A DNA stretch of 63,316 bases, the filler included, from Octopus bimaculoides (lineage: Eukaryota): NCBI RefSeq assembly GCF_001194135.2. It is 6 parts of 6 records of this genome, joined end to end, with 100 filler letters (N's around TTAATTAATTAA, not from the genome) between each part and the next. Parts side by side here need not be neighbours in the genome. Positions count along the whole stretch, not along the records: positions 1 to 18,729 come from NC_068998.1; 5 more parts are not named here. One strand, written 5' to 3'. The notes under the pieces are model-generated. The model saw only the letters and a list, made by a program, of their open reading frames with translations. It was not told the origin of the DNA and made no database searches. Each line of letters opens with the position of its first letter. Positions within the stretch are counted from its first letter, which is position 1. The position numbers were made by a program, and so were the translations under genes. Positions 1 through 12,469 of this stretch are shown piece after piece.

Positions 1-37
1 TATATATATATATATATATATATATGCATATATATAG

Positions 38-100
<63 letters not shown>

Positions 101-122
101 TACAATTATATATACATATATA
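1..122. repeat. (TA)n/(CA)n microsatellite, representative of dozens of TA, CA, TACA, TAA, GAA and GA tracts (e.g. 820-1280, 18860-18995, 23723-23833, 28128-28297, 50127-50225)
   Basis: Directly visible; these tracts produce most of the spurious YI/HT/CV ORFs. Confidence 0.95.
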
Positions 123-930
123 TAATTGAGACTCAGATGAATTAGGTACTTAAGTTGAGCATCAAATCAGTGCAGTATTATCCGTACAACTCAAAGTAAG
201 GTGAATATAATCAAAATAAGCAACAGGATATCATGAGGTGATGCAGTATGATCATTTCAAGTGGCTCCATTTAATTGAACAATGCAATCATTACTTCAAT
301 TTAAATGCAGGGCTATCCTCAGCTGCATAAATAAATCAATAGAATTTTTAATCAGTTGGACACATTAATATAATTTTACTCAAATGCTCTAACAGAGAGA
401 AAATGGAAAGAGTCCATGTTGCTACAAATGTAGCTAAGAATATAGTACACTTCTAAGAAATGTATGAAGTTTGTTGGGTCATATCTTGTAAAAGATTGTG
501 GTTCATTTTTAATTTACTAGTCTTTTTATCAACTGTTTCTGTTTAGAATGGAGGGCAGGAGTGAGTTGATAGCACATAGTTGGGTATGGTCAAACTGCAT
601 CAGCTCTATGATATCCTGCTGCTTATTTTCGAAATGCGGAGTAGATGAAACAGGGACAACTGACTAAGGGGTATACTCTTTATGTTGCATGTCTTGTTTC
701 TCTATTTGTTTTTTTCGTTGTTCAAAAAAAGTTAGTTTTCTATGTTTTCGTTTTTATGTTTTCACTTCTCATTGTGTTTAACGTTTTTTTGATGTCCTGT
801 ACCCATATATGCATGTATGTATACATATAGATGTAAGTATGTACATATATGTATGGATATATGCATATATTTATATATTATATATATTACTATATGATCG
901 AATGCCATGCATCCTTTTCCAAATAGGTTT

Positions 931-973
<43 letters not shown>

Positions 974-1190
974 GACACATATATACATATATATATACAT
1001 CTATATATACACACATATATATACATACATATATATTACATATATATATACATACAAATACATATGCATATATACACACACACATATATTACATATATAT
1101 ATACATAAAAATACACATGCATATATACATACATATATATACATATATATATACACACATAAATATACATATATATATATATATACATAT

Positions 1191-1227
<37 letters not shown>

Positions 1228-1429
1228 TACACAAAGATATAAATATATATATATACATATATACAAATGTATATAAACACATATTGAAAGAAATAGAAAT
1301 GAAAGTTATATGTATAGATACATGATGAAAGTAATTGAAATTGAAACCATATAATAGTGTAAGTATTAATAGAGATGTTATTGTTTCACTTTTGACATGT
1401 AATACAGAAACAGTGTAAGAGATAAGAGA

Positions 1430-1600
1430 TTGCTCTGGGCTCACATTAGGCAAGAAGTTGAAAATTGTTTTGGCTCATGACACTGCATGGAACCTAAGTA
1501 GGGCATGTGTAAAATTTGAATGAAATTTGTTGGGTAGTTCTTGAGTTTTAGTGATGCACACAGATAGACAGACACGCATTCTCAGCTTTATATATATTGA
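1430..1600 (-). mobile_element. Helitron-like 5'-terminal fragment
   Basis: Ends ...cagacacgcattctcagctttatatatattga|t, resembling the 9680-9711 terminus (cagctttatatattaag). The minus strand starts TC after A. No 3' end was found. Confidence 0.5.
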
Positions 1601-3494
1601 TAACCATAATAAAGATGACTTCTTACATAGGCACAAAGTTACAATCAGTGAGGTTAAGGTTCAGTTAATTAAATCAACCTCAGAAGTAAAGTGGTATTTA
1701 TTTTAATTATTCTGGAAGGATAAAAAGCAAAGTTGGCCTTGGTTGCATTTCAATTCAGAGTGTAAAAAGGCATAATTATTGCAGTTTGCATTTTGTCCAA
1801 CTCAAATGATTCTATCATTCATGCTCTTAAACAGGCTACAGAGTCTTGGGTACTGATAGAGACAATTATTTCCTGTACTTGGCTATTTATTTTATTAGCC
1901 CTGGAAGGATGAAAAGTAAACTAAACAAAAAGTGTACAAAATACCCTGTATTAGTGTATTTAGCCCCGTTGTCTGCTACACCACAACTCTCACCAATAAT
2001 CATAATAACTGGATAAGGCCATCCTTGATAAAACATGCCTTAAATAAGATAAGAAGGTTATTACTGGAATAACTTTGATCATAGGTCTGACATAAAGCTA
2101 CACAACAACATACTCATAACTATTTAAAATAAATTGTGTGAAGTTGAATGTAAGAATACAATAATAGTATTAAGTAATCCCTATACCACTATACTACTTA
2201 CATGTATAGTTATAAAATTACACAAAAACAAATATAACATCTTTGTCGATTGTTTACAATTTTTGTTACGTTACATGTATCTGTACTTTATCTTTCTCTC
2301 TATTCTATTGTGAATAAAGCTTTTTCCTAGTTATTCACTTAAATTTTATTCGGTAACAGAAAGAAAACAAATATCAGAAAATTTCCCAACCCTGAAAAAT
2401 TTAATGCCAATCCAGTTTCTTTTGCTATCAGCAAAAGACTGGTAGCACTGATACTACATGTTGAACCTTATTCACCTGAGAAGCTTGACACTCAAATATA
2501 TCTCTCTGCAGGATATAACTACATCACTGATGCCACTGCTGTGATATTGCAATCCAATACTTGAAATACAGCATGTCAAGCTGCTTAATGAAATTTATGT
2601 GCTCCATCTTTTGGGGCAGATGCCAAACATCATAGAAATCAATCAATGAATCCCTTCCTATTTCCTAAACTTATAGCAAGGACTGCAATTTTAAAGCCAT
2701 CACTGTAGATCAGTGATGGCTAAGTTACGTTTAAAATCCCCTGTTGGTAAACATTACTTTGAATTAGAAGACTGCTGGAATGTTAAATAATGATGGTAGT
2801 GGCAGTGGTAATGACAATGAGCTAACAATGAACACTTTCAGACAATAATTTCTACTTTCAAGAGCATAACTACACCTGATCTTCCTTGTTTACTTTTATC
2901 CTTGAAGAATGAACTATATGAGAAACAATTTGGTGGACACACTTGTGTATATGGATATGGTTCTGGTCTGCAGAACACAAGCTAAACAAAGCAATCTGGC
3001 TAGGTTTCTGTACGTTTCTAAAGAACGCTATCATATCTTCAATCTTACCTTACTGTTGTTATACACAGAAGGGAAACTGTATAATTGACAAGTATTTCAT
3101 TAATAAGGTTGGGATTCCTTGGACTTCCTGAAAAGAAGTTTCATAATTAAAGGCATGCCCAACATAGCATATGAAGGATTTCTTCTGGAATTACTGGAAC
3201 AGTCAATCAAGTTTCAATTATCACAATTCACATCAGCCTAATGTTTCTTCATTCAACTGCAGCATTCCTTTTGAATCTTTTATGAAGCTGTCTGTCCCCT
3301 CAAGCCATATTCTAATTAAACATTAACTGTATATCATGCCAACCTCCCCAGCTAAACATGAATTCAGGAATCTAAGAATACTTCCCTTGCTTTATGATCT
3401 AAGAACATAAATATATAAATATAAATCAATCAGTGTTGTCAGAACTTGTGATCTATGAAAAGATTCTCATGCTGAAGTCTTCAAAAGTACTTAC

Positions 3495-3578
3495 TTTTTT
3501 CTTAGCTCTTCTTTTCTCAGCTTGCCGCTTTTCTTTCTCTTCATCTGCTGTTAATTCATTTCTACTTTGAACTGGTTT
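3495..3578 (-). CDS. Internal coding exon (phase 0/0), KPVQSRNELTADEEKEKRQAEKRRAKKK; TTC31-like charged coiled-coil segment
   Basis: Acceptor tttttaattcag and donor gtaagtac flank an 84-nt stop-free frame. The peptide resembles the TTC31 motif ([23 protein letters not shown], recalled from memory). The exon is well supported; the family call is less certain. Confidence 0.65.
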
Positions 3579-4443
3579 CTGAATTAAAAACAATAGCTCT
3601 TAAATAATGTAATCTGTCTGACAAGGTTCAAGCTCTTGTAACTTCAATATTTTCTTTTCTAGATCAAATTTCAAAGGTTAAAAAAAGGGTGTTGATGACA
3701 AAACACTTACCAGGAGTATCACTAGCCTTAAATAAATATACAATTATATGGAAACTAACAACAACCTTACAAGACTTCTAAACAAGGGTAAAGTGAAAAT
3801 AATGTAAACAGAGTGTGGAAAGTTGAAATAAATTATTAATAAAATATTAGATCGTAATAAAAATATAACAAATCAGAAAGTTTTAAAAGCAAGTGACATT
3901 CTTCCATGAAAACAAAAGCTTTAGTAAATTCAAACAAAATTTTACAGAACATATAAAACAATGGTTTACACATCTCTAGGTCCAGGTGAAGCATTTATAG
4001 GAAACTGAGAGAAATTATGAAAGAAAGATACCCTCACAACTATATTGCTGAATAATTTGTGTCTTCCAACCAAATCTACTTCTAACAGAATATTAACTAT
4101 TTCATATAAATACCCAAACAACAATGGGCATTTCTTCTTGTACCTCTCACTCAGGCCCCATTTTTCGGCTATTTAAAGATTTGTTTTTAAAATCTCTGAT
4201 GCAGTAAAATGACAAAGACATCGAAACTCTTGTAACCTCTTTCATAGGGGAATGGAATTATACCCCAGAGGTCTCACTGATTATGATTGCAAAGCCCTGA
4301 AGAAGTATCAACTTATCTTTTGTGATGTAAACTGATAGCAGATAGATTTTAGCAGCTCCAGCTTTGTCAGCAGCAATAAAACTTTTCTTAAAATTGAATT
4401 TCAGTGGGATGAACTACTTTTGGTTACATATCATGCTGTAAAG

Positions 4444-4685
4444 AAGTGGTTCTCAACCATTTTTTACCTAGGGACCCCTTTGATTCCTATTTTACCCTAC
4501 TGGACCTCCATAGTCATTTGCTGTATATAAAAAAAAAATCCTATCATATTTTTTTATCATTAAATATTATTAGGAATTGTATTAAAAAAATTAAACTATT
4601 TTTGTGTATCATAGAAGTGTAACCAATTTAGTGCATATAAATTTTAACAACAAAATCTTATATGGACCCTAGTTGAGAACCACTA
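4444..4685. mobile_element. hAT-type MITE
   Basis: Perfect 13-bp TIR AGTGGTTCTCAAC/GTTGAGAACCACT and an 8-bp TSD ctgtaaag/ctgtaaaa (7/8). Confidence 0.85.
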
Positions 4686-5301
4686 CTGTAAAACTTTTGT
4701 GCAGCTGCACACACATGCCTACCCTGTTCTCCCTTCATAAGGAACTACATCCATAAATCTTTACAAGATGACAATCAGATATGAGACCAAACTGGCCATG
4801 AACAAAAAGGCCAAACCATTAAAGAGGTCATGGTTGGCCAATGTACACACACTCAAGCACCTGAGTGTACACACAGAACCACACACACACATACTCATCA
4901 TTTAATCTCTCCCTTCCCTTCTCTTCTCTTGTAAGCAGCCACACATCTTCATACACACATACAAGCACACATAAGACTAATTCTCAGACAGAATCAAGGT
5001 AGACCTTGAAGAGAGAGGGCATATCGCTAATGAGACCACAAATAGTGATGAAAGAACTGTGACAAACAAACAACTGATTGATTGTTTAGCCAACACATTA
5101 AATGAACAATCAATTAGTTAGTTGGTTACACATTTAACTGATTGGTTAACAATAAAGAAGTGATACTGAATCAGTGCGTGTATTTCTTATCATTGGTATA
5201 ATGATCCTTCCAGGACACAACAAGATTTGTTTCAACATATGAATACACATCAAGAATCTTGCAAACCAAAAACAAAAGTGTGTGTGTGTGTGTGTGTGCA
5301 C

Positions 5302-5346
<45 letters not shown>

Positions 5347-6767
5347 AAACATAACAGTAGAGGAAAGATGTGTTAAGATTACATCAGTTTGTAATCTGAG
5401 ACTGAAATATGTCTCTGTCTCTCTTTTTTCAATCCAGAATGGAAAAACAATCTCTACTCACTCCAACAAAACATATTAAGATCCATTTCTAAACATTTGT
5501 TATGGATTCTATAGAATTACTGCATCAGTAAATATAGATTAGTATTAATAGTTGGGGGTGAGTAGCTGAATTGTTAGTAAGATAATTTCAGTAAGATACA
5601 AAAAAATTGCAATTGGTACCATTGTTCAGAACTTACCACAGTTAATACTAAAACGAATACTTTAATGAATAAAGTAATCACATTGGGTGAGACAGGACTG
5701 AAAGATGTGACTTTGAATGCTAAGTGATACTAAGGTCACATTTTTCAACGATTATGCAATATGTATGAACCATATAAAATGCATATAAAATGCAGATAGT
5801 GTGTGAGTGTGTGTATGTGTAAACACACACACATTTAGGTAAACAACTGGAATTAAATAATTATTTCAAATTATAACAAACAGTTGAAATCTGACAGCAA
5901 CGTGGAGTAGAATTAAGTTCTCAAGATGCAGCAAAAGTGACAAAACGTTTATTGCTAGTTGAATATATTTCTCATAATCCTAAATTCCCTGGAGGAAAGC
6001 ACAAGCATTCCATGGTCTATTTTACATTTGTCTGGCTTTAATTTTCTTTTTCTTTAGTTTTCATGGGTTGAGTTGTTCTTCAAATTCAAACCTTCAAACT
6101 TGGAGTTAGTTTTTTTTTGTCTATATTTGAATATATTCTCAAAGCAAACAACTTAGCTGTTAAGTGAGAGTGATATCTGCCTTTTCTTCTTGGTTAGGTA
6201 AAAGTGGTGCAAGTACAAAACTGTGTAAATCTTTATCTAACAGGATAAGACAATTTCTTTACTTGTGGTCATCGTCTGCAAAGGAACACTAAGACAGATA
6301 ATTTAGAGAGCTAAGTATCAATGTGAAACCGAAGTTTAAGAACTTATGCTTAGCAGAGTGAAAACAAAATGAAGAGAAAGCAATTTGGTAGAATCAAGAT
6401 TTCATGAAGAAAATAATCCATTAGATAGTAGAAGAAGCAGAAAAATATATTTAAATGATTATTCTCGAGCATATTCACCATCTACTTCAATTATTGCTTC
6501 CCATTTGCTTGGCAGCCAGTTGCAATAATCATTTAAAGATATTTTTGTTAAATGTTGTTATTGTTTTTGTTGAATAAAATTTATTGAAAAAAAGTCACAA
6601 TAATTATGCACCTACCTAATACAATATCAAGAACAAACCAGTACAATTTTGAAAAGAATGCATTGGAAATTACAAAGGTAAAATAATTTCTGTGGTTTTG
6701 AACATCACAGAAAGAATAAAAGAATTGACAGAAAAAGACAAAATAGGAAATATTAAAAAATAATTAC

Positions 6768-6796
6768 CATCTTTGTTAAATGTTTTTCACAAGCAC
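6768..6796 (-). CDS. 29-nt micro-exon (phase 1/0), (G)ACEKHLTKM, upstream of the 3495-3578 exon
   Basis: Long pyrimidine tract ttattctcttttcacttttctttttaacag and donor gtaatt. Only one frame is open, and it ends in phase 0, matching the next exon. Confidence 0.55.
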
Positions 6797-7719
6797 CTGT
6801 TAAAAAGAAAAGTGAAAAGAGAATAAGAAAATAAAACATACTTTTATAATCAAGTGAAACATGGAGAGTTATTAGAGAAAACATATCAATGATATAGTCA
6901 ACATGAGAGGAATAGATAACACCAAGTTTTCCAATAATTAACATGAGATGAAGTCATCAATAGTGACCAAATAATTAAGGGGTTTCAAGGAATAATACAT
7001 GGAGTAAACAGCAAAAGAAAAAAATAGTTTTGAAATAAAAAGCTTCACATAGAAAACACTATGACAATTTGATTTCATTCCATAGATCCTAATCTGCCCC
7101 AGCTAATTAAATGTCACAATCAGACTAAAATATCATATTCTCCATTACATTTTATCTGTTATACAAATAGTTGGCCTATTTAGCTATTTAGCAAAAAGAT
7201 AATAAAACTTTAAGGAAAAGTTACTTGTCATAAACAAATGTCTGATGTGAGAGTATGAGGGCAAATTTGTTTCACACTTCTGTATCTGTAAAAGTCTTTA
7301 CATGCAGATATGTGGGGTGTTTGTGCATTGTGTGTGAGGGGAGTACATACATATACATATGTACATGTACATATGTATATATACATATATACCCATGCAT
7401 ATATACATATATACCTAGTTATGGTATATTCTGTTAAGAACATAGTAGAGTACAGTATAAAGCTATCCACCTTCAGATTTACCCTGTGCTAACCACTAAT
7501 AGTATTATATGTACTTTGAGGTTTGCATTTAGGCATCTGCCATGTGAGAATAGATAATTGAAAAAACTGGAGTCAACAATTACATATATACCTATGTATA
7601 TATATACAGGATGTCCCAAAATTAAGGCAACCAACTTTTTCCAGTTATATTTCAGGTCTGAGCATTGCAATGCAATGGTAAAAGAAACACAATCATGACA
7701 CTACCACATTTATTCAATA

Positions 7720-9711
7720 TTAGCAGTATAACCTGACGTTGTCCGGGTGTGACTTATTACGCCATCTACGATAAGTCTTGCTAGGTGAAAATCAACTAAA
7801 AAAGAAAGCCTTACAACGAAAAACCCTTATGATGTAAATATGTTCATAATTCAAAAGACGAAATTAATAGGTAAAGTCTGAAGGCTGTTTTGCGTAACAT
7901 TATTAAGCGTACGTAACTTTCATCCATCTAATTGGCTATAGAAATGCTTGTGCAAAACAACTTTTTGCGCTGCCCTGATTATACATAGCAGAGTAATCCC
8001 TTTTCGCAGGAGCTAGGACAGCAATTTGTGACGAAGCAATTGCTGGCGATCTGTTGCTACACAGTTTTGTCAGAATTCTATCAGATTGGGCAGAAGATGT
8101 AGATGCACCATTTTGCATTATGTTCAAAGTAGCTTCTGGAATGTGGTGAATTGCTGCAGTCTGTTGCTGTCTTTTTAAACCGGTTGCTGTCTTTCCCCAG
8201 CAAACTCTCTTCTTTGGAGGCATAATCTATGTATATATTAAACAGAACAACAAAAGTTATAATAGATGGCAGGGTCGGTACTTTTCACATATCTGTAATT
8301 TTTCAGATTAACACCCGCAAGATTACCCAACCCTAATCCTAAACCTAATCCTAACACTAACCCTAACCCTAAACCCTAGCCCTAACCCTAAAACCCTAAC
8401 CCTGACCCTAAAACCGTGACCATAACACTAACCGTAACCATAACCCTAAACCCTAACCTTGACCCTAACCCTAACACCCTAGTGAAAATCGTGGTATATT
8501 TACATTGATGAACATGAGTTGTATTTTACTGAATGATTGTGTACTTGCACGTGTATGTGTTTGAGAGAGCGAGAGAGGAAGAGGTAGAGAGAGGGAGAGA
8601 AAGGAATAGAGGTAGTTAAAAGTTTTCTCATGACGGTGTCTCTTCACTGCCTATTCTTCATTAGAAATCTACGGATGCACATAAGCACATAATAGAGAAA
8701 AATTAAACAAATATGGACGACTTGCTCCGAAACACCACCGAGTGGGGAACACTTCTCAAAAATAACCTGCAGTTGTTTCCTTCAAAATTCCTACATGCTC
8801 GAAATGTACATACATCAAGGTATATTTGTAGAAAATTTCACGAAAAAATATTCATTTTCCAGGAAGTTAAGAGGAATTTAAGTGGAATTTCCGAAAATTG
8901 TCCCCCACCCTCCTCCAAAACACTTTCACGGAAAATTTTTGTATATTCGGAATCTACATAATAAATAATATATGCATAGAAAATTTCATTAAAAAATATT
9001 CATTTTTCTGAAAGTTATGACCTTCCAAAGTCGGTGGGTACAACTCTATAGTTATGCCACATTCACGAANNNNNNNNNNNNNNNNNNNNNNNNNNNNNNN
9101 NNNNNNNNNNNNNNNNNNNNNNNNNNNNNNNNNNNNNNNNNNNNNNNNNNNNNNNNNNNNNNNNNNNNNNNNNNNNNNNNNNNNNNNNNNNNNNNNNNNN
9201 NNNNNNNNNNNNNNNNNNNNNNNNNNNNNNNNNNNNNNNNNNNNNNNNNNNNNNNNNNNNNNNNNNNNNNNNNNNNNNNNNNNNNNNNNNNNNNNNNNNN
9301 NNNNNNNNNNNNNNNNNNNNNNNNNNNNNNNNNNNNNNNNNNNNNNNNNNNNNNNNNNNNNNNNNNNNNNNNNNNNNNNNNNNNNNNNNNNNNNNNNNNN
9401 NNNNNNNNNNNNNNNNNNNNNNNNNNNNNNNNNNNNNNNNNNNNNNNNNNNNNNNNNNNNNNNNNNNNNNNNNNNNNNNNNNTAGAAGGGAAGAAATATA
9501 AAAGTTGCTAGAAACAACAGCCAAATCTCCCTTAAATCACACAAATTAAACGGAATTTTAAAAATCTAATTACTGCACTGGAAAGTTCACATCGAGAAAA
9601 TTCCATTGATGTAAAAAATTTTTATGAAAAAGTGGAAAATGTGGATTTCTATAAACTTTTAAAATGGCTTCACACAGACACACAACTTCAGCTTTATATA
9701 TTAAGATAAGA
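7720..9711 (-). mobile_element. Non-autonomous Helitron inserted in the maT element
   Basis: On the minus strand it begins TC (TCTTATCTTAATATATAAAGC), ends in a degenerate CCCGG hairpin plus CTAA, and sits between A and T with no TSD. Removing it restores the maT codons CAT ATT GAA TAA. Contains the 95-aa ORF MPPKKR... (7936-8223) and an N gap. Confidence 0.85.
8329..8482 (-). repeat. Degenerate telomere-like (TTAGGG)n / (CCCTAA)n array inside the Helitron
   Basis: Repeated ccctaa/cctaac/accctga variants over about 150 bp. Confidence 0.85.
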
Positions 9712-10645
9712 TGACCACCTCTGTTTCAAATTACAGCTTTAAGTCCAGGTGCAAATGCTTCACATGCAGCAAGCAGCAGATATTGCAGAATCGAAGCGCA
9801 TTCCTGGTGCAGTTTTGCCTTCAGAGTGTCAAGCAAAGCATGAGGAGTGCTTGAGATCCTTGTCTCCCAAAATGGACCAAGCAGAAAAATTCAACGGGTT
9901 GAGATCGGGACTTCTTGAGAGCCATACAACTTTGCGTATGAACGATGGCATGTTTTTCTGAATCCAGTGTTGCATCTGTTTGGAGCTATGGGATGGTGCC
10001 GAGTCCTGTTGGAGGCTCCAAGGTGCACCTTGAAAGTGCCTATTCGCCCATGGAAGCAGTTCAGCTTACAGAATGTCGATAATGTATCACTGCGTATGAC
10101 CTTCCAGTGGCTGTCACAGCCACCCAAGCCATAACTGACTGTGGATTTAGACATTGATTTACAAGTCTACCCTCAACAGAGCCAGATACATTCCAAAGTC
10201 AGTCATTCTGGTGGTTTACTGTCTGCTCAAGGTCAAATTTCTTTTCATCAGTGAACACCAGGTTGGGCAGCGTTCTTTCAGCCATCTGATTCAGGATAAG
10301 ACAACTCTCCAATCTCATGGCCTTATAAACTTGCATGAGCTCATGACAGCAGATCATCTTATAAGGATGGGTCCTGAGATCCTCCTTCAGCACTCAATAC
10401 ATTGATGTTCGACTTTTTTGCTATGGCAGCCAGGAACGATGAGGATTTCGCTGTATCTTTTCTCTGGTACTTTGATAAGCTTTTGCAGCCATGTCCAGGT
10501 CAATCAGCAATGGAACCAGTCTCTTGAAATTTCTCAACAATTTTCCAGACTGTTGATTGGTTAATTTTAAGCGTTTTTGCTATAGTTGTACTACTTTCGC
10601 TTCCTTTGTCGAGGGTTCTGATTGTATAATTGTATGCTGGACTAT

Positions 10646-11371
10646 AGGGCTTTCCTATAAGTAGGTTATCTCTCGTGGCTAGGCAGCGCTCCATGTAGAT
10701 AATTAAACTTCCGGAGGCTACCCACGCCATTGTTATTGTTTTACGTCTTATCATGGATATAAAGCAGCTTGATGATTCAGCTATCGAAGTACTTACTGTG
10801 CCTGAGTTAAAGAAATATTTAAGATTATATGGACAGTATGTTACTAGAAGAAAGGCGGACTTGACTGAAAGGTTGAAAGGAATAATTCTGTCGATGAAGA
10901 ATGTCAACAAAGTAAATTCATCAGACGATAAGTCTGAAGTATCGGACAATACTTCAGACAGGAATAAGCAGAAGCTTATATCTCCTCTCGGTGAAGTATT
11001 GCCTGATCTAAAGATCTTTGTAAGTTGCCGAATTTCACAGATAATGACATAATTACCTCGTGCTACGGATGAAAGCAAAGCAACAGTTAAGGAGTGGCAT
11101 ATTTTACCATGACAGACACGTACACAGCATCGAATACCACGATGTGAGTGAAAGCTGCTCTCACTGTATTGTCCTGTGTCTGGTAATCCCTTCGATACCG
11201 ACATCAAACCAAAAAAAGAATCCTGACCACAGAGTGTGGGTAATTATGTCAAATGTCACTGGCAATGTGCATTCAGCTGATTGCAACTGTTAAAGCAAGT
11301 CACTGAGCATGCGTACATGTCATACGGGAGAGTTCCAATCAGGGGTGGATAACACCTTATAGGAAAGCCCT
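10646..11371 (+). mobile_element. 726-bp internally deleted TIR DNA transposon, ISL2EU/Harbinger-like, with a frameshifted SAP + SWIM-like ORF
   Basis: TIR AGGGCTTTCCTATAAG at both ends, flanked by a 2-bp AT duplication. ORF 10753-11052 contains the SAP-like LTVPELKKYLRLYGQYVTRRKADLTERL. ORF 11060-11293 ends VHSADCNC, the start of a SWIM-type CxC motif. Excision restores ATG GCT ATA GTC of the maT transposase. Confidence 0.75.
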
Positions 11372-11819
11372 ATAGCCATTATGTAATTTATAAATCTGAA
11401 CTTATTTAGTCTGAAACAAAAAGGAGACACATTAAGCTTTTATAATGATGTATAATATTCATGTCATATCACTTTCATTGATAGTTATTAGAGCCTGAAA
11501 CTTCTGTTGCCTTAATCTCAGGACACCCTGTACATATAGATATTATCATCATTATTATCATTAGTTTAACATCCACATTTTCATTTTCATAATTTCAAGA
11601 CAGAAATCCTTGAGGCAAATTTTCTGTGGTTGGATGCATTTCCTGTTGCCAATCTCACCTATTTCCAAGTAAGTCAATATCTCCCTAGGACCAGATGTTT
11701 CCATGCAACATTAGAAAAAGACACTGCTTCCATTTCAGTGACACTTGTTTACACAGTGTCAAGATAAGGTGGCACTAACACATACACATATGTGTGTTTG
11801 TATATACATACATATATGC

Positions 11820-11874
<55 letters not shown>

Positions 11875-12258
11875 NNNNNNNNNNNNNNNNNNNNNNNNNN
11901 NNNNNNNNNNNNNNNNNNNNNNNNNNNNNNNNNNNNNNNNNNNNNNNNNNNNNNNNNNNNNNNNNNNNNNNNNNNNNNNNNNNNNNNNNNNNNNNNNNNN
12001 NNNNNNNNNNNNNNNNNNNNNNNNNNNNNNNNNNNNNNNNNNNNNNNNNNNNNNNNNNNNNNNNNNNNNNNNNNNNNNNNNNNNNNNNNNNNNNNNNNNN
12101 NNNNNNNNNNNNNNNNNNNNNNNNNNNNNNNNNNNNNNNNNNNNNNNNNNNNNNNNNNNNNNNNNNNNNNNNNNNNNNNNNNNNNNNNNNNNNNNNNNNN
12201 NNNNNNNNNNNNNNNNNNNNNNNNNNNNNNATATACATACATATATATATGTATTAGC

Positions 12259-12293
<35 letters not shown>

Positions 12294-12469
12294 TACACAC
12301 ATACATATATATATATATACACATACATACATATATAGAGATATAAATATATATATACATGTATTTAATTTTCCCAACTGATATCTGTTCTGGCAGTTGT
12401 ATAACACTCAATGCCAAAGTTTAGCCCTCCTAGGATTTTCTATATGTATATTATTGCATATCACTCACA

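Larger units (their letters stand above)
7607..11530 (-). mobile_element. Tc1/mariner superfamily, DD37D (maT) type, decayed; about 1.2 kb after removing two nested insertions
   Basis: TIRs CAGGATGTCCCAAAATTAAGGCAAC / CAGGGTGTCCTGAGATTAAGGCAAC (21/25 identical), each flanked by TA. Transposase relics: IAKTLKINQSTVWKIVEKFQETG, LVFTDEKKF, QQDSAPSH...SPDLNPLNFSAWSIL (37 residues from the D to the third catalytic position, now N) and a C-terminal GGHIE*. Confidence 0.9.

Noticed and set aside
3049-3127. Minus-strand exon candidate with good splice sites
   Set aside because: Its only open frame is phase 1, incompatible with the phase-0 upstream exon, and no homology is recognisable.
5636-5696. 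Minus-strand exon candidate between the two TTC31-like exons
   Set aside because: Has a stop codon in the required phase-0 frame.
10500-11207. 235-aa minus-strand ORF
   Set aside because: Chimeric: antisense of the inserted TIR element fused to the maT N-terminus.
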